A DNA stretch of 64,000 nucleotides from Eledone cirrhosa (GCA_964016885.1 CAXHJY010000651.1:1-64000); one strand, 5' to 3'. Positions 26,150-42,485 are shown, counted from the stretch's first letter. Notes: generated by a model from the letters alone, not told the origin. Numbers and translations are program-made.

Positions 26150-29100
26150 CTACAACCACTACCATCACCAATACCACCACAACCGCCACTACCACCAACA
26201 CCCACACCACTACCATCACCAATATCCACCACAACCGCCACTACCACCAACACCCGCACCACTACCATCACCAATACCACCACAACCGCCACTACCACCA
26301 ACACCCACAACCACTACCATCACCAATACCACCACAACAACCACTACCACCAACACCCACACCACTACCATCACCAATACCACCACAACCGCCACTACCA
26401 CCAACACCCACAACCACTACCATCACCACTACCACCACAACCGCCACTACCACCAACACCCACAACCACTACCAGCACCAATACCACCACAAACGCCACT
26501 ACCACCAACACGCACAACCACTACCATCACCAATACCACCACAACCGCCACTACCACCAACACCCACACCACTACCATCACCAATACCACCACAACCGCC
26601 ACTACCACCAACACCCACACCACTACCAACACCAATACCACCACAACCGCCACTACCACCAACACGCACAACCACTACCATCACCAATACCAGCACAACC
26701 GCCACTACCACCAACACCCACACCACTACCATCACCAATACCACCACAACCGCCACTACCACCAACACCCACACCACTACCAACACCAATACCACCACAA
26801 CCGCCACTACCACCAACACGCACAACCACTACCATCACCAATACCACCACAACCGCCACTACCACCAACACCCACAACCACTACCATCACCAATACCACC
26901 ACAACCGCCACTACCACCAGCACCCACAACCACTACCATCACCAATACCACCACAACCGCCACTACCACCAACACCCACAACCACTACCATCACCAATAC
27001 CACCACAACTGCCACTACCACCAACACCCACAACCACTACCATCACCAATACCACCACAACCGCCACTACCACCAACACCCACAACCACTACCATCACCA
27101 ATACCACCACAACCGCCACTACCACCAACACCCACAACCACTACCATCACCAATACCACCACAACTGCCACTACCACCAACACCCACAACCACTACCATC
27201 ACCAATACCACCACAACCGCCACTACCACCAACACCCACACCACTACCAACACCAATACCACCACAACCGCCACTACCACCAACACGCACAACCACTACC
27301 ATCACCAATACCAGCACAACCGCCACTACCACCAACACCCACAACCACTACCAGCACCAATACCACCACAACCGCCACTACCACCAACACCCAGAACCAC
27401 TACCATCACCAATACCACCACAACCGCCACTACCACCAACACCCACAACCACTACCATCACCAATACCACCACAACAACCACTACCACCAACACCCACAC
27501 CACTACCATCACCAATACCACCACAACCGCCACTACCACCAACACCCACAACCACTACCATCACCAATACCACCACAACCGCCACTACCACCAACACCCA
27601 CAACCACTACCATCACCAATACCACCACAACCGCCACTACCACCAACACCCACACCACTACCATCACCAATACCACCACAACCGCCACTACCACCAACAC
27701 CCACAACCACTACCATCACCAATACCACCACAACCGCCACTACCACCAACACCCACAACCACTACCATCACCAATACCACCACAACCGCCACTACCACCA
27801 ACACCCACACCACTACCATCACCAATACCACCACAACCGCCACTACCACCAACACCCACAACCACTACCATCACCAATACCACCACAACCGCCACTACCA
27901 CCAACACCCACAACCACTACCATCACCAATACCACCACAACTGCCACTACCACCAACACCCACAACCACTACCATCACCAATACCACCACAACCGCCACT
28001 ACCACCAACACCCACAGCCACTACCATCACCAATACCACCACAACCGCCACTACCACCAACACCCACAACCACTACCATCACCAATACCACCACAACTGC
28101 CACTACCACCAACACGCACAACCACTACCATCACCAATACCACCACAACCGCCACTACCACCAACACCCACACCACTACCATCACCAATACCACCACAAC
28201 CGCCACTACCACCAACACCCACAACTACTACCATCACCAATACCACCACAACCGCCACTACCACCAACACCCACAACCACTACCATCACCAATACCACCA
28301 CAACCGCCACTACCACCAACACCCACAACCACTACCATCACCAATACCAGCACAACCGCCACTACCACCAACACCCACAACCACTACCAGCACCAATACC
28401 ACCACAACCGCCACTACCACCAACACCCAGAACCACTACCATCACCAATACCACCACAACCGCCACTACCACCAACACCCACAACCACTACCATCACCAA
28501 TACCACCACAACAACCACTACCACCAACACCCACACCACTACCATCACCAATACCACCACAACCGCCACTACCACCAACACCCACAACCACTACCATCAC
28601 CAATACCACCACAACCGCCACTACCACCAACACCCACACCACTACCATCACCAATACCACCACAACCGCCACTACCACCAACACCCACAACCACTACCAT
28701 CACCAATACCACCACAACCGCCACTACCACCAACACCCACAACTACTACCATCACCAATACCACCACAACCGCCACTACCACCAACACGCACAACCACTA
28801 CCATCACCAATACCACCACAACCGCCACTACCACCAGCACCCACAACCACTACCATCACCAATACCACCACAACCGCCACTACCACCAACACCCACAACC
28901 ACTACCATCACCAATACCACCACAACTGCCACTACCACCAACACCCACAACCACTACCATCACCACTACCCACCACAACCGCCACTACCACCAACACCCA
29001 CAACCACTACCATCACCAATACCACCACAACTGCCACTACCACCCAACACCCACAACCACTACCATCACCACTACCACCACAACCGCCACTACCACCAAC

Positions 29101-30842
29101 ACCCACAACCACTACCATCACCAATACCACCACAACTGCCACTACCACCAACACCCACAACCACTACCATCACCACTACCACCACAACCGCCACTACCAC
29201 CAACACCCACACCACTACCATCACCAATACCACCACAACCGCCTCTACCACCAACACCCACAACCACTACCATCACCACTACCACCACAACCGCCACTAC
29301 CACCAACACCCACACCACTACCATCACCATACCACCACAACCGCCACTACCACCAACACCCACAACCACTACCATCACCAATACCACCACAACCGCCACT
29401 ACCACAACACCCACAACCACTACCATCACCAATACCACCACAACCGCCACTACCACCAACACCCACAACCACTACCATCACCAATACCACCACAACCGCC
29501 ACTACCACCAACACCCACAACCACTACCATCACCAATACCACCACAACCGCCACTACCACCAACACCCACAACCACTACCATCACCAATACCACCACAAC
29601 TGCCACTACCACCAACACCCACAACCACTACCATCACCACTACCACCACGACCGCCACTAACCACCAACACCCACAACCACTACCATCACCAATACCACC
29701 ACAACTGCCACTACCACCAACACCCACAACCACTACCATCACCACTACCACCACAACCGCCACTACCACCAACACCCACAACCACTACCATCACCAATAC
29801 CACCACAACTGCCACTACCACCAACACCCACAACCACTACCATCACCACTACCACCACAACCGCCACTACCACCAACACCCACAACCACTACCATCACCA
29901 ATACCACCACAACCGCCACTACCACCAGCACCCACAACCACTACCATCACCACTACCACCACAACCGCCACTACCACCAACACCCACACCACTACCATCA
30001 CCAATACCACCACAACAACCACTACCACCAACACCCACACCACTACCATCACCAATACCACCACAACCGCCACTACCACCAACACGCACAACCACTACCA
30101 TCACCAATACCACCACAACCGCCACTACCACCAACACCCACAACCACTACCATCACCAATACCACCACAACCGCCACTACCACCAACACCCACAACCACT
30201 ACCATCACCACTACCACCACAACCGCCACTACCACCAACACCCACACCACTACCATCACCAATACCACCACAACCGCCACTACCACCAAACACCCACAAC
30301 CACTACCATCACCAATACCACCACAAACCGCCACTACCACCAACACCCACAACTACTACCATCACCAATACCACCACAACCGCCACTACCACCAACACGC
30401 ACAACCACTACCATCACCAATACCACCACAACCGCCACTACCACCAGCACCCACAACCACTACCATCACCAATACCACCACAACCGCCACTACCACCCAA
30501 CACCCACAACCACTACCATCACCAATACCACCACAACTGCCACTACCACCAACACCCACAACCACTACCATCACCACTACCACCACAACCGCCACTACCA
30601 CCAACACCCACAACCACTACCATCACCAATACCACCACAACTGCCACTACCACCAACACGCACAACCACTACCATCACCAATACCACCACAACCGCCACT
30701 ACCACCAACACGCACAACCACTTACCATCACCAATACCACCACAACCGCCACTACCACCAGCACCCACAACCACTACCATCACCACTACCACCACAACCG
30801 CCACTACCACCAACACCCACACCACTACCATCACCAATATCC
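26150..30842. repeat. ~4.7 kb minisatellite, 52/51 bp unit, ~90 copies
   Basis: accactaccatcaccaataccaccacaaccgccactaccaccaacacccaca with recurrent single-base variants. Confidence 0.97.
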
Positions 30843-31243
30843 ATGCTCTCGGTGAGTCATTCGATATTATAAGGACCAATATAAATGGGTAGGTACAATA
30901 TGTTTACAATATCTAATAGAACAACAACAAAAACATATACATAAATAAATACAAGAATAAATGAAGACCCCTACCTCATATTCTACGCTTCTTCCTCCAC
31001 CTCCACCTCTACCGCCACCCGTTCTTTCCCTTCAAAACATTAATATAAAACATATAATACGTATAGATATATATATTGAGTTAAGGGTGTGGATAGTAGG
31101 GTGGGTACTACATAGCAGAGAATCTGATAATATAGATTGTTGTCTGTTTATATGACATCATAGCGAACCTTAACTAATGTGATATAATAGTTTGAGGCAG
31201 TTAGAACGAATGAGAGGGGTGGGGAAATACTGTAAATATATAA

Positions 31244-31287
<44 letters not shown>

Positions 31288-31492
31288 TCTATGTGTGTTT
31301 GTGTGTTTGTGTGTGTATGGGGGGGGGCGTGTGTGTGTGTACAGTTGCATGGCTAGATATATGATAAATGTATAAGAATATATGTGTATAGGGTATCTAT
31401 GGGCGTCTGGATTATACGTTTATATATCTATGTGTGTGTGTGTGTAGGTGTAGGTGTGTGCGTGTGCCTGCCTACGTGAGTGTATGTATAGA

Positions 31493-31539
<47 letters not shown>

Positions 31540-31551
31540 ATATGCACACAT

Positions 31552-31588
<37 letters not shown>

Positions 31589-31618
31589 GTATATTATATA
31601 ATATACACATATATAAAT

Positions 31619-31693
<75 letters not shown>

Positions 31694-31702
31694 ATATACA
31701 TA

Positions 31703-31895
31703 TAACGAAGGAGTTGTGGTAAGGAACCAGAATGGATAACGCACCAGAGTACTCAATACTTAGGGTAGTAGAGTGGGTAATAGGAAAATGTATGACCCTG
31801 ACGGCAGAGCTCAAGCCGTTTCGACGGCTATTTCTTGGCTGAAACAGCCGTCGAAACGGCTTGAGCTCTGCCGTCGGGGTCTTACATTTTCCTAT
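31703..31895 (-). mobile_element. Hairpin-tail element copy 3
   Basis: Same tail and palindrome, within (TA)n. Confidence 0.9.
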
Positions 31896-31957
31896 ATATA
31901 TATATATATATATTATATAATATATATAATATATAGGTGTGTGTGTGTGTATATATT

Positions 31958-32010
<53 letters not shown>

Positions 32011-32452
32011 CATACACACACCTATATATATATATATATATATATGAATAATCAAAATGTATTTCATGTATTTACAAAGTTTCTACCTATAAAATATAAT
32101 CAGACAAATTGTAAAAAAACACAATACCTGTCTACAGTAAAATGTATTGTGTGTATTAGTTAAAACCTACTTCACATCTCATTTTACTGTTTTCTGTTCA
32201 GAGCAAACCTCAAATGAAACGTGTTGTGATGAGAGCTCTGATAAGGTCAGGCAGTACAACAGGGATAGAATGTAATTTGTGGGAATTTTGTAAGGCTTAC
32301 TCTATGGTCTTGTAGTAGTTGGTGAAATATCAGATTAAAGTTTAAGCTAAGAATCGCTGATATATATATATATATATATATACGACATATATATACATAT
32401 ATAAGTATATGTACGTATGAGTTATATAAATAACATTATATATATGTATATG

Positions 32453-32535
<83 letters not shown>

Positions 32536-32537
<2 letters not shown>

Positions 32538-32730
32538 ACGAAGGAAAAGTGGTAAGGAACCAGGTGGACCATAACGCACCAAAGTACTCAATACTTAGGG
32601 TAGTAGAGTGGGTAATAGGAACGAGTAGGACCCCGATGGCTGAGCTCAACCCGTTTCGACGGCTATTTCTGGACTGAATTAGCCGTCGAAACGGCTTGAG
32701 CTCAGCCGTCGGGGTCCTACTCGTTCCTAT
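32536..32730 (-). mobile_element. Hairpin-tail element copy 4
   Basis: Same tail and palindrome, within (TA)n. Confidence 0.9.
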
Positions 32731-32864
32731 ATATAAATATATATATATAAGTAGAATGGTATTTAATTTGTTTGAAGTCCGACAAACATAAATGATAGAC
32801 TATCCAGTGAATTTCCAACCGATAAGGTATGATTTTCATGGGTATGTCTCTATTTATAAAACAA

Positions 32865-32980
32865 ACTTTGTATTTTATCTGATGAAAGCGTACCAATGAT
32901 GTCTTGGTTACCCTTGAAATATATATAATAAAATAAATATGGTTTTATAAATATAGTTTCCATTTATTTAATATCATTGT
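32865..32980 (+). ncRNA. Family A HHR motif with pLTR-like tail
   Basis: ttttat-CTGATGA-aag...ctt-GAAA-tatat-ATA-ataaaa. Confidence 0.65.
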
Positions 32981-33091
32981 ATATATGTATATATATATAT
33001 ATAGTATATATGTGTGTGTGTGTGTGTGTGCGTGTGTGTGTGTGTGTATGCGTGTGTGTGTGTGTATACGTAGATATGTATATATATATAC

Positions 33092-33400
33092 ACAGGGTGG
33101 ATAGAAGGAAACTCCCTATTTATAATTGTTAATAGCTATATTGATTTTCATAAAACATGTTTTAATTTGTACAATGTAATGCTACAGTATAATTGTTTCT
33201 ACTTTAGGCACAAGGCCAGCAATTACCAGTGCATTACTGGTACTTTATTTTATCGACCCCGTAAGGATGAAAGGCTATAATGATAGTATAGTATAGTGTT
33301 AAAATTCAACATAGACACTGGCGTTGTCCGCGAGTGTTTGTAATCGTCTGGGTATATCCTCGACTGACTTCATCAGAACTCAGACAGAATGTTGTGAACC
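33092..33400 (-). mobile_element. Tc1/mariner-superfamily transposon 3' end, interrupted by a SINE fragment (~33190-33275, -)
   Basis: Minus frame VLMKSVEDIPRRLQTLADNASVYVEF* resembles the transposase C-terminus; terminal cagggtgg. Confidence 0.6.
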
Positions 33401-33469
33401 GAAACATTCGGAAAAATTGTTAGTGAACCGGATTGTGTGTGATGAGAGGCGTTCGTGAACCGGTTCTCC

Positions 33470-33525
<56 letters not shown>

Positions 33526-33529
<4 letters not shown>

Positions 33530-33744
33530 GGTCGGCTGAAAGGTTCATGGGCTGACAATGAATGAAAAATCGGCGCTAGAGCTGTGAAATCTTGCATGCA
33601 TTAATTTCAACTCTTCTTATCAATAACTGCATTGTCCCTTTCCCAATATCTATGTTGAAAAATAAACCTCATTTGGTAATTCCATGAAAGTATCTTGGTC
33701 AGCCAATAATCTTTTCATTCTAAGAACTTTTCTGCCGATCCTCA
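33526..33744. mobile_element. Mariner-type MITE (second, left-truncated copy at ~41965-42144)
   Basis: TIRs tgagggtcggctgaaaggttc / gaacttttctgccgatcctca flanked by TA. Confidence 0.8.
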
Positions 33745-34219
33745 TATATGCAGGGGTAGGGGGGGGGGGGGGGGGGAGCATTTCCGAATTAAGAGGGGGG
33801 CGGCAAATTTGGACAATTTAGTTGTAAGGATTAGTTTAGCTCTTTGCACTCTAAAATGGTCAGAAAACTTAAGCGCATATACGAATAGATGTGTGTGTTT
33901 TGGTAGTTTGGGGAGAAAATATAATTATTGGAGTGGGGGCATGTCTCCCCACCAGTTCCACCGCCACTGTATATATATAATTAAAAAAGAATTATGCTCT
34001 GTGTCCTTCTAGGGGCTTAATATATCTAGGTTCTCGCATTTGGTAAGAATCTGGTATTATACCCAATTTATTCATCTCCTATATATATATATATATACAT
34101 ATATATATTTATATATATATATACATACATATATATACATATATATATATATACATTGATATATATATACATATATATATATACATATATATACATATAT
34201 ATATATACATATATATATA

Positions 34220-34317
34220 TAAATTGAGGTGAAAAATTGCAGGTGCGTGTGTTTTTATTGCCAACATGACCCTCCCAAAGTATAACAATCTATCTATCTA
34301 TCTATCTAATCGATCGA

Positions 34318-34400
<83 letters not shown>

Positions 34401-34530
34401 ATATATATATATAGATCGATCGATCGATAGATAGATAGATAAATAGATAGATAGATAGATAGTTATACTTTTGGAGGGTCATGTTGGCAATAAAAACACA
34501 CGCACCTGCAATTTTTCACCTCAATTTATT
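34220..34530. repeat. Palindrome centred on a (TA)n tract
   Basis: 34220-34320 is the reverse complement of 34412-34530, including mirrored (ATCT)/(AGAT) and atcg repeats. Confidence 0.9.
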
Positions 34531-34646
34531 ATAAATTTCCGATTAGTTGGTTGGTTGGTTCGATAACCGGATGGCAGCATGACCCCCCTCCCTCCAAAGT
34601 ATAATAATATCTGTCATATAAGAAATCTTTGTTCCAAATTCAAAAA

Positions 34647-34689
<43 letters not shown>

Positions 34690-34692
<3 letters not shown>

Positions 34693-34886
34693 CAAAGGAA
34701 ATGTGGTAAGGAACCAGATGGACCATAACGCACCCAAAGTACTCAATACTTAGGGTAGTAGAGTGGGTAATAGGAACGAGTAGGACCCCGACGGCTGAGC
34801 ACAAGCCGTTTCGACGCCTAATTCTGGACAGTCCAGAATTAGCCGTCGAAACGGCCTGAGCTCAGCCGTCGATGTCCTATTCGTTC

Positions 34887-34890
<4 letters not shown>
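34690..34890 (-). mobile_element. Hairpin-tail element copy 5
   Basis: Same tail and palindrome, within (TA)n. Confidence 0.9.
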
Positions 34891-34920
<30 letters not shown>

Positions 34921-35123
34921 CTTCACCACAGTTAAAACCATCACAATAACATACAAAGACTACGAGAAAAGCTAACAAGTGTCAATGGAAAGGAAAAATA
35001 GAGACCAGGTATTATTACATATGATATTAGTTCATGAATAATGTATAGCTTTTGCTTAGGATAGGTATTTTGTGTGTTAAGTATTCTGTGGTGTATGTAT
35101 GTAGGGTGGGGTATATATGTATG

Positions 35124-35156
<33 letters not shown>

Positions 35157-35252
35157 GTGTATGTGTGAATGAAGATGCGTATATATATATATATACGTAT
35201 ATATATATATATACATATATATGTGCATATATATACATATATATATATATGT

Positions 35253-35307
<55 letters not shown>

Positions 35308-35350
35308 GTAATAATAATATTATTTGCTTAAACTTTAATCTGTTATTTTA

Positions 35351-35429
<79 letters not shown>

Positions 35430-35884
35430 TATTATTACTTTATAACTCTAAGAAGATATTCACCTCTCGATGAAGGAATTTTATTATTGGTTATTCCAAT
35501 GTCTTGGAATTCCTAATGTTGTATCTTGAGTTCCAGAAAGCATGGTCTGAGTATTATATAACTTAAAACCAACTTTTTTTAGTCGATTTGAACCGTGTGG
35601 CACGTTGTGGTTTTGAACAAAACATTTTATTTCACGTTGCTTTTCGTGATAAGACTCGGATTCTCTGTAAATAAAACATCCGAGAATCCTCCGAGTATGA
35701 GGTTAGCTAGGCAAGTAAATGTTAAAACTGCACATTTCTATTTCTTTATTCTAACACACTAACCACTGGATCACATATCTATTAATTTATATATGTGTGT
35801 TGAACAGGCTTACTCATATTCCGTTGATCTAACAGATATGCCCGTTAAATATTTTGGGCTAAGAACCATTTGAGGAATTTGGAT

Positions 35885-36375
35885 TCTGCTGCGCCAGCTT
35901 CACCATTCAGTAATCGGAAGGGAGTTAAGTGTAAAAGCCAAACATGCTAACTTCAATTCCGTATTCGTGCCATCCCTTACTTATGGTCATGAATATTTGG
36001 TAATGACCGAAAGAATACGAGCGCAAATACAAACGGCCGAAATGGGATTCCTCCGAAGGTTCTTTGGATAACATTATTCGATAAAATGCTTAGCTCGGAG
36101 ATCAGAGATCACTCCAAGTAGAGGCGCTACGTCTCCGAATGGAGAGATCATAGCTCCGATACTACAGCTATGTGGTTAGAATGTCTTCTCAGCAAAGAAT
36201 AGAATTGTTCGACATATTTTACGGGCAAAAGGATACCCAGGGGTAGACTCCGAGTAAGATGTTTGGATAACATTTATGAGCTTGGCTGGTCACACTTGGG
36301 GATCGAGGCAGATCAGTTGGAGACGATTCCTTTCAGCACCCGCTGGAAGGAATAGGTGGGCGAAGAAGAATTCTA
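35885..36375 (+). mobile_element. Decayed RTE LINE (Expander/Rex3-like) 3' fragment
   Basis: RELSVKAKHANFNSVFVPSLTYGHEYLVMTERIRAQIQTAEMGFLRR. Confidence 0.85.
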
Positions 36376-36464
36376 CTGTCCAATGACAGCCTATTGCATA
36401 TTGGCACATATAGATATTAGACCACGGCTTCTTATTTTCATATCGTTTGTATTTTCATCAATGT

Positions 36465-36551
<87 letters not shown>

Positions 36552-36669
36552 TGTGCACGTGTATGTTTATATTTGTGTGTCTGGGTGCGTGTATATACTA
36601 GATATGTGTATACAAATATATTTAAGTAAATATAGATACATGCATATATATGTATAAAAATGTACACAT

Positions 36670-36706
<37 letters not shown>

Positions 36707-36707
36707 C

Positions 36708-36760
<53 letters not shown>

Positions 36761-36786
36761 CATATATAAATATATAATTATACATA

Positions 36787-36820
<34 letters not shown>

Positions 36821-36835
36821 TATATACACACACAC

Positions 36836-36867
<32 letters not shown>

Positions 36868-37224
36868 GCATATATATATATATATAGACATATATATATA
36901 TCTTTCCAAAAGCAGGACATGTCAGCTATTTTTAATTTCCCTAACTCCCCCTCCTGTCCTACACCACTTCTTCATCCTTCTCTGTTTACTTCTCCCTTCC
37001 TTTATGTCGTGTAGGCCCACTCAGCGCCCCCTTCTCCCCTTCACAAACACACAATCAATATCTAAACTCGTAAACACAATGCTATTAAATATGGCAATCG
37101 ATAAACATTTGATATATTGTCTAGATTCGAAGTGGTATTGGAGTGGGTAGGTAAAGGCATTGATGGCGACGGCAGAGGTGGGAGATATGAAATAGCTTTT
37201 ACATACATATATATAATATTATAT

Positions 37225-37287
<63 letters not shown>

Positions 37288-37290
37288 TAT

Positions 37291-37344
<54 letters not shown>

Positions 37345-37424
37345 GTGTGTGTACGCATCTACATATGTAACTAATGTGTTTGCATATATTTCTATTTCTC
37401 CAAAATAGTCATATATATATATGC

Positions 37425-37456
<32 letters not shown>

Positions 37457-37500
37457 ATGTATGTATATTTATATACAGATAGATAAAGAGAGAGAGCGGA

Positions 37501-37615
<115 letters not shown>

Positions 37616-37829
37616 TTCATATATGTATTCATGTATGTATGAATTAGTTCTGTTTGAAAAGAGAAGCATTTCAGATGTTACCCAGCAATAGGCAGGAAGT
37701 ACTTTCTAATTTGGACTTTGCTTACATACGACACACGCCACCACCACCACCACCTCCACCTCTCACCCCTTCTCTTTCTCTCACTCATTCTCCCCTCTCT
37801 CTTTATCTCTCTCTTTCTCTCTCTGTATA

Positions 37830-37864
<35 letters not shown>

Positions 37865-37983
37865 TTTCATTACAATTGTTTCTTCACTGCTTGACTCTTA
37901 CTCCATCTCTCTCAATATCTCCCTTTCTGTCTTTGTCACACACACTCTATCTCTTTATACATATATATATATATTATATATAT

Positions 37984-38072
<89 letters not shown>

Positions 38073-38084
38073 TATATAATATTT

Positions 38085-38165
<81 letters not shown>

Positions 38166-38481
38166 TATATAATATTATATATATATATACATATATATAT
38201 ATATGCATATATGTATATATATATATACACACATATATATACATATATGAATTTTTCTGTCTATCTCACTGACTCTCTTTCTCTTTCTCTATCTCTTTTC
38301 CTCTTCTTACTCTCTTTCTTTTCCTTCCTCCACTTCCCTCCTCTCTTCCTCTCTGCCATCAAGAGATTCCTCCACTACACATTATAATATCAATCCATTT
38401 TAAAAACTATAATAATGCTTATATTATTGTGCCTCCTACAATAGAATGTATATTTATTTATTCTCTCCCTTTCCCTCCCTT

Positions 38482-38521
<40 letters not shown>

Positions 38522-38548
38522 TATACATGTATAAATGTATATATATAG

Positions 38549-38580
<32 letters not shown>

Positions 38581-38583
38581 GTA

Positions 38584-38674
<91 letters not shown>

Positions 38675-38725
38675 ATGTAAAAGGTAAACAGAAATAACAA
38701 CACAATCGGTACAGTATATGGAAGG

Positions 38726-38756
<31 letters not shown>

Positions 38757-38786
38757 TCACACACACACAGACACACATATATATAC

Positions 38787-38852
<66 letters not shown>

Positions 38853-38886
38853 TCACACACACACTCACTCACACACATATATACAC

Positions 38887-38961
<75 letters not shown>

Positions 38962-39076
38962 TATATATATATATATGTAAACGTAGATACTTACATACAT
39001 AGATCCACAGACATACGTATATGTATCATGTGTGTTTATGAGTGATGTGTATGTCTGTATGTGTGCGTGTGTATGC

Positions 39077-39170
<94 letters not shown>

Positions 39171-39572
39171 ATGTGTGTGTGTATGTCTGTATGTATGCAT
39201 GAGTGTGGTGTGTCAATGACTTCTTTTACATTTGAACTTGTATGTATAGAGTGTTACTCACTTCTAATTTACTACAACACATCAGTCTATTCAGACGGCT
39301 TTACATGCATGTGTAAAACATTAAATGGCTGTGTATATATTCTTGACATGTGACCATGGCGCTTTCAATCTCTTCCTTCCTACCTACTTCTCTTTCCACC
39401 TTTCTTTTTTCTTTCTTTGTTTCTGTCTGTCTTTCTTTCTTTCTTTCCTTCTCACTTTTCTTTTTGTTCTTTGATTTTTGTTGTTTTAAACACATATACA
39501 GCGTTAAATAAATATTAATTCTATTTCTCTATTGAATCAACTAGATTGTTTCCAATACAGGTAGATGTGTTA

Positions 39573-39814
<242 letters not shown>

Positions 39815-39913
39815 TATTAAAGTGTTAAACAATATGCAATGAGTATGTCAAAGAATGAGTTTTACCGTAGATTGGAAGCACTCTACGAATATATAATTTT
39901 CCGGAGTTATTAA

Positions 39914-40140
39914 TATTAAAATATAAATATTAATAAAATAGATGTTCTTTTGATCAATTATATTTTATTATATATATTTCAGATGTACAACAGTACGTCC
40001 TCATCAGACAAAATATAATGATATATGACATACCCTGAGATGTTAAATGGTTGTCTGATGATGATGTACTGTTGTACATCAGAAATATGTATAATAAAAT
40101 GTAATTGATCAAAAGAACATCTATTTTATTAATATTTATA

Positions 40141-40148
<8 letters not shown>
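39914..40148. mobile_element. Inverted pair of HHR-bearing pLTR-like arms
   Basis: 39914-40011 inverted against 40051-40148; + strand ttgt-CTGATGA-tgatgtac-tgtt-gtacatca-GAAA-tatgt-ATA-ataa. Confidence 0.8.
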
Positions 40149-40199
<51 letters not shown>

Positions 40200-40703
40200 G
40201 TGTGTGTATGTGTGAGTGAGTGTATATGTATGTGTGTATATATATATATATATATGCGTGTGGGTTTCTATGTGAGTTTGAGTGTATTTGTGTGTGTGTT
40301 TGTATGTGTGCTTCTGTGTATTTGTGTGTTTTTGTATGTGTGGGTGTGGGTGTGTGTGTGTGTGTGTATGTGAGTGTGCGTGTGTTTGTGTGTGTGTGTG
40401 TGTCTATTTGTATCTGAAGAACAGGTTTTCTGCTAAACATATATTATCAAAACATAACTGCTCTCATGAGTTCTATATTTTCCTTTCCATTAAAGTTATT
40501 GTTTTGGTCTGTTTTTTTTTTTTAATCATTTTCTTATTACTTATTCCGGACTTTTGTCTGGAAGCATAAAGTCCCTTCCTTGATCCGCCGACAATAAGCG
40601 AAATTTTGAAAACCTCTATTAACTACTACTGAACACCACCTCTTAGAGGCCCGTCACTTTGGTTCTTATGAGGACGAGAACGCATTCATTAAATCTAACA
40701 TCA

Positions 40704-41655
40704 TGGCAGTATCGGTAGAGGGTCGGACGCCATGCTTTCTAGCATGGAGTTAAACCCCTTTACGGTCTGAGTTCAAATCCCGCCGAGTTTAACTTTGCCT
40801 TTCATTCTTACGGGGTCAATAAAATAAAGCACCAGTAATGTACTGGGGTAATTGCTGGCCTTGTGCCAGAAATAGAAACAATTATCAAACAGGTGTTCTA
40901 CTGAGCAAGAATATTTCACTTCTACTTTTTATTCTCTCGTTAAAATCATTACACCTGTTCCCAAAATATGTTTATAAAATCGATACCTTCAATCCGGAAA
41001 CATGTTTCACCTTTATTTTTATTATTATTGTGGATTGGCAGAATCGGTAGTGCGTCAGACGTCATGCTTTGCAGCATAGAGTTACGGCTCTTTATGATCT
41101 GAGTTCAAATCCCGCCGAGGTTCACTTTGACTTTAATTCTTACGGGGTCGATAAAATAATTTACCAGTCACGCTCTGGGGTCAATTTAATCGACTTTCCC
41201 CTCCCCCAAAATTGCTGTCCTTGTGCCTATTTAAGAAACCATTATTGTGGATTGGCAGTATCGGTAGAGGGTTGGAAGCCATGCTTAGCAGCATAGAGTT
41301 ACGACCCTTTATGATCTGAGTTCTAATCCCGTCGAGGTTAACTTTACCTTTTATCCTTATGGAGTCGATAAATTAAAGCACCAGTAATGCACTGGGGTAA
41401 TTGCTGGCCTTGTGCCAAAAGTAGAAACAATATTTAAATTATCTAGGGTGATGGGGGGATTTGCAAAATTGGTAGAGCGTCGGATAAAATGCCCTTACGA
41501 TATTTGTTCAGGTTCTTTTCGTTCTGTGTTGAAATCCCATTAAAGTTAATTTTTCTCATCATCTCCCGTGATCGAGAAACTAATGTATCAGTAAAGACTT
41601 TCCCTTAATACAGACACAAAATTGCTGACTTTGTGCCTATATTAGAAACAATTAT
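40704..41655 (+). mobile_element. Cluster of four same-orientation SINEs (40704-40885, 41029-41243, 41247-41430, diverged 41450-41655)
   Basis: Each has a tggca...ggtag A box, gttc/gttgaaatcc B box and the shared tail. Confidence 0.85.
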
Positions 41656-42153
41656 TTTTATAGTATTCATTTATTGGATGTGCAGGATTTGAGATTGTAT
41701 GAGTCAAATATTGACCATACGAACAAGTAATTTAATCTTATCAGCCAATCTTCATGGACATTGGAAAGAAACTTGATGTATTTGTATGATAGAAAGAAAA
41801 CAAGAAAGAAATGTTTCTTGCTGACTCACCAAAAACTAAACTTTCTTTTATTCTTTTACTGGATTCAGCCATTAGATGACTGCCCTGCATGAGTATCACC
41901 ACGAATTGACCGATTATATCGACCCCAATACATTGATTGATCACTTTTTCGTCTGAACATTAAGTGTACGGGACATAAATGAAAGAGTAATGTTAGAGCT
42001 GAGAAATCTTGCATGCATTTTTTTCAATTCTTATTATTAATAACTGCATTGTTTCTTTCCAGGGACTATGTTGAAAAATAAATCTCATTTGGTCATTCCA
42101 TGATTGTATCTTGGTCAACCTATGAACTTTTCAACCTATCCTCATATATATAC

Positions 42154-42224
<71 letters not shown>

Positions 42225-42228
<4 letters not shown>

Positions 42229-42433
42229 AACCAGTACGACCCCGACAGCTGAGCTCAAGCCGTTTCGACGGCTAATTCAGTTAGATTCCAGATCATTCAT
42301 GAGAATTAGCCGTCGAAACGGCTTGAGCTCAGCTGTCGGGGTCTTACTGGTTCTTATTACCCACTCTACTACCTCAAGTATTGAGTACTTTGGTGCGTTA
42401 TGGTCCACCTGGTTCCTTACCACATTTCCTTCG

Positions 42434-42437
<4 letters not shown>
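42225..42437 (+). mobile_element. Hairpin-tail element copy 6 (longest loop)
   Basis: Arms gaaccagta.gaccccgacagctgagctcaagccgtttcgacggctaattc / gaattagccgtcgaaacggcttgagctcagctgtcggggtc.tactggttc. Confidence 0.9.

Positions 42438-42485
<48 letters not shown>

Noticed and set aside
26150-30842. CRISPR array or telomeric repeat
   Set aside because: No unique spacers, eukaryotic context, and the unit is not TTAGGG
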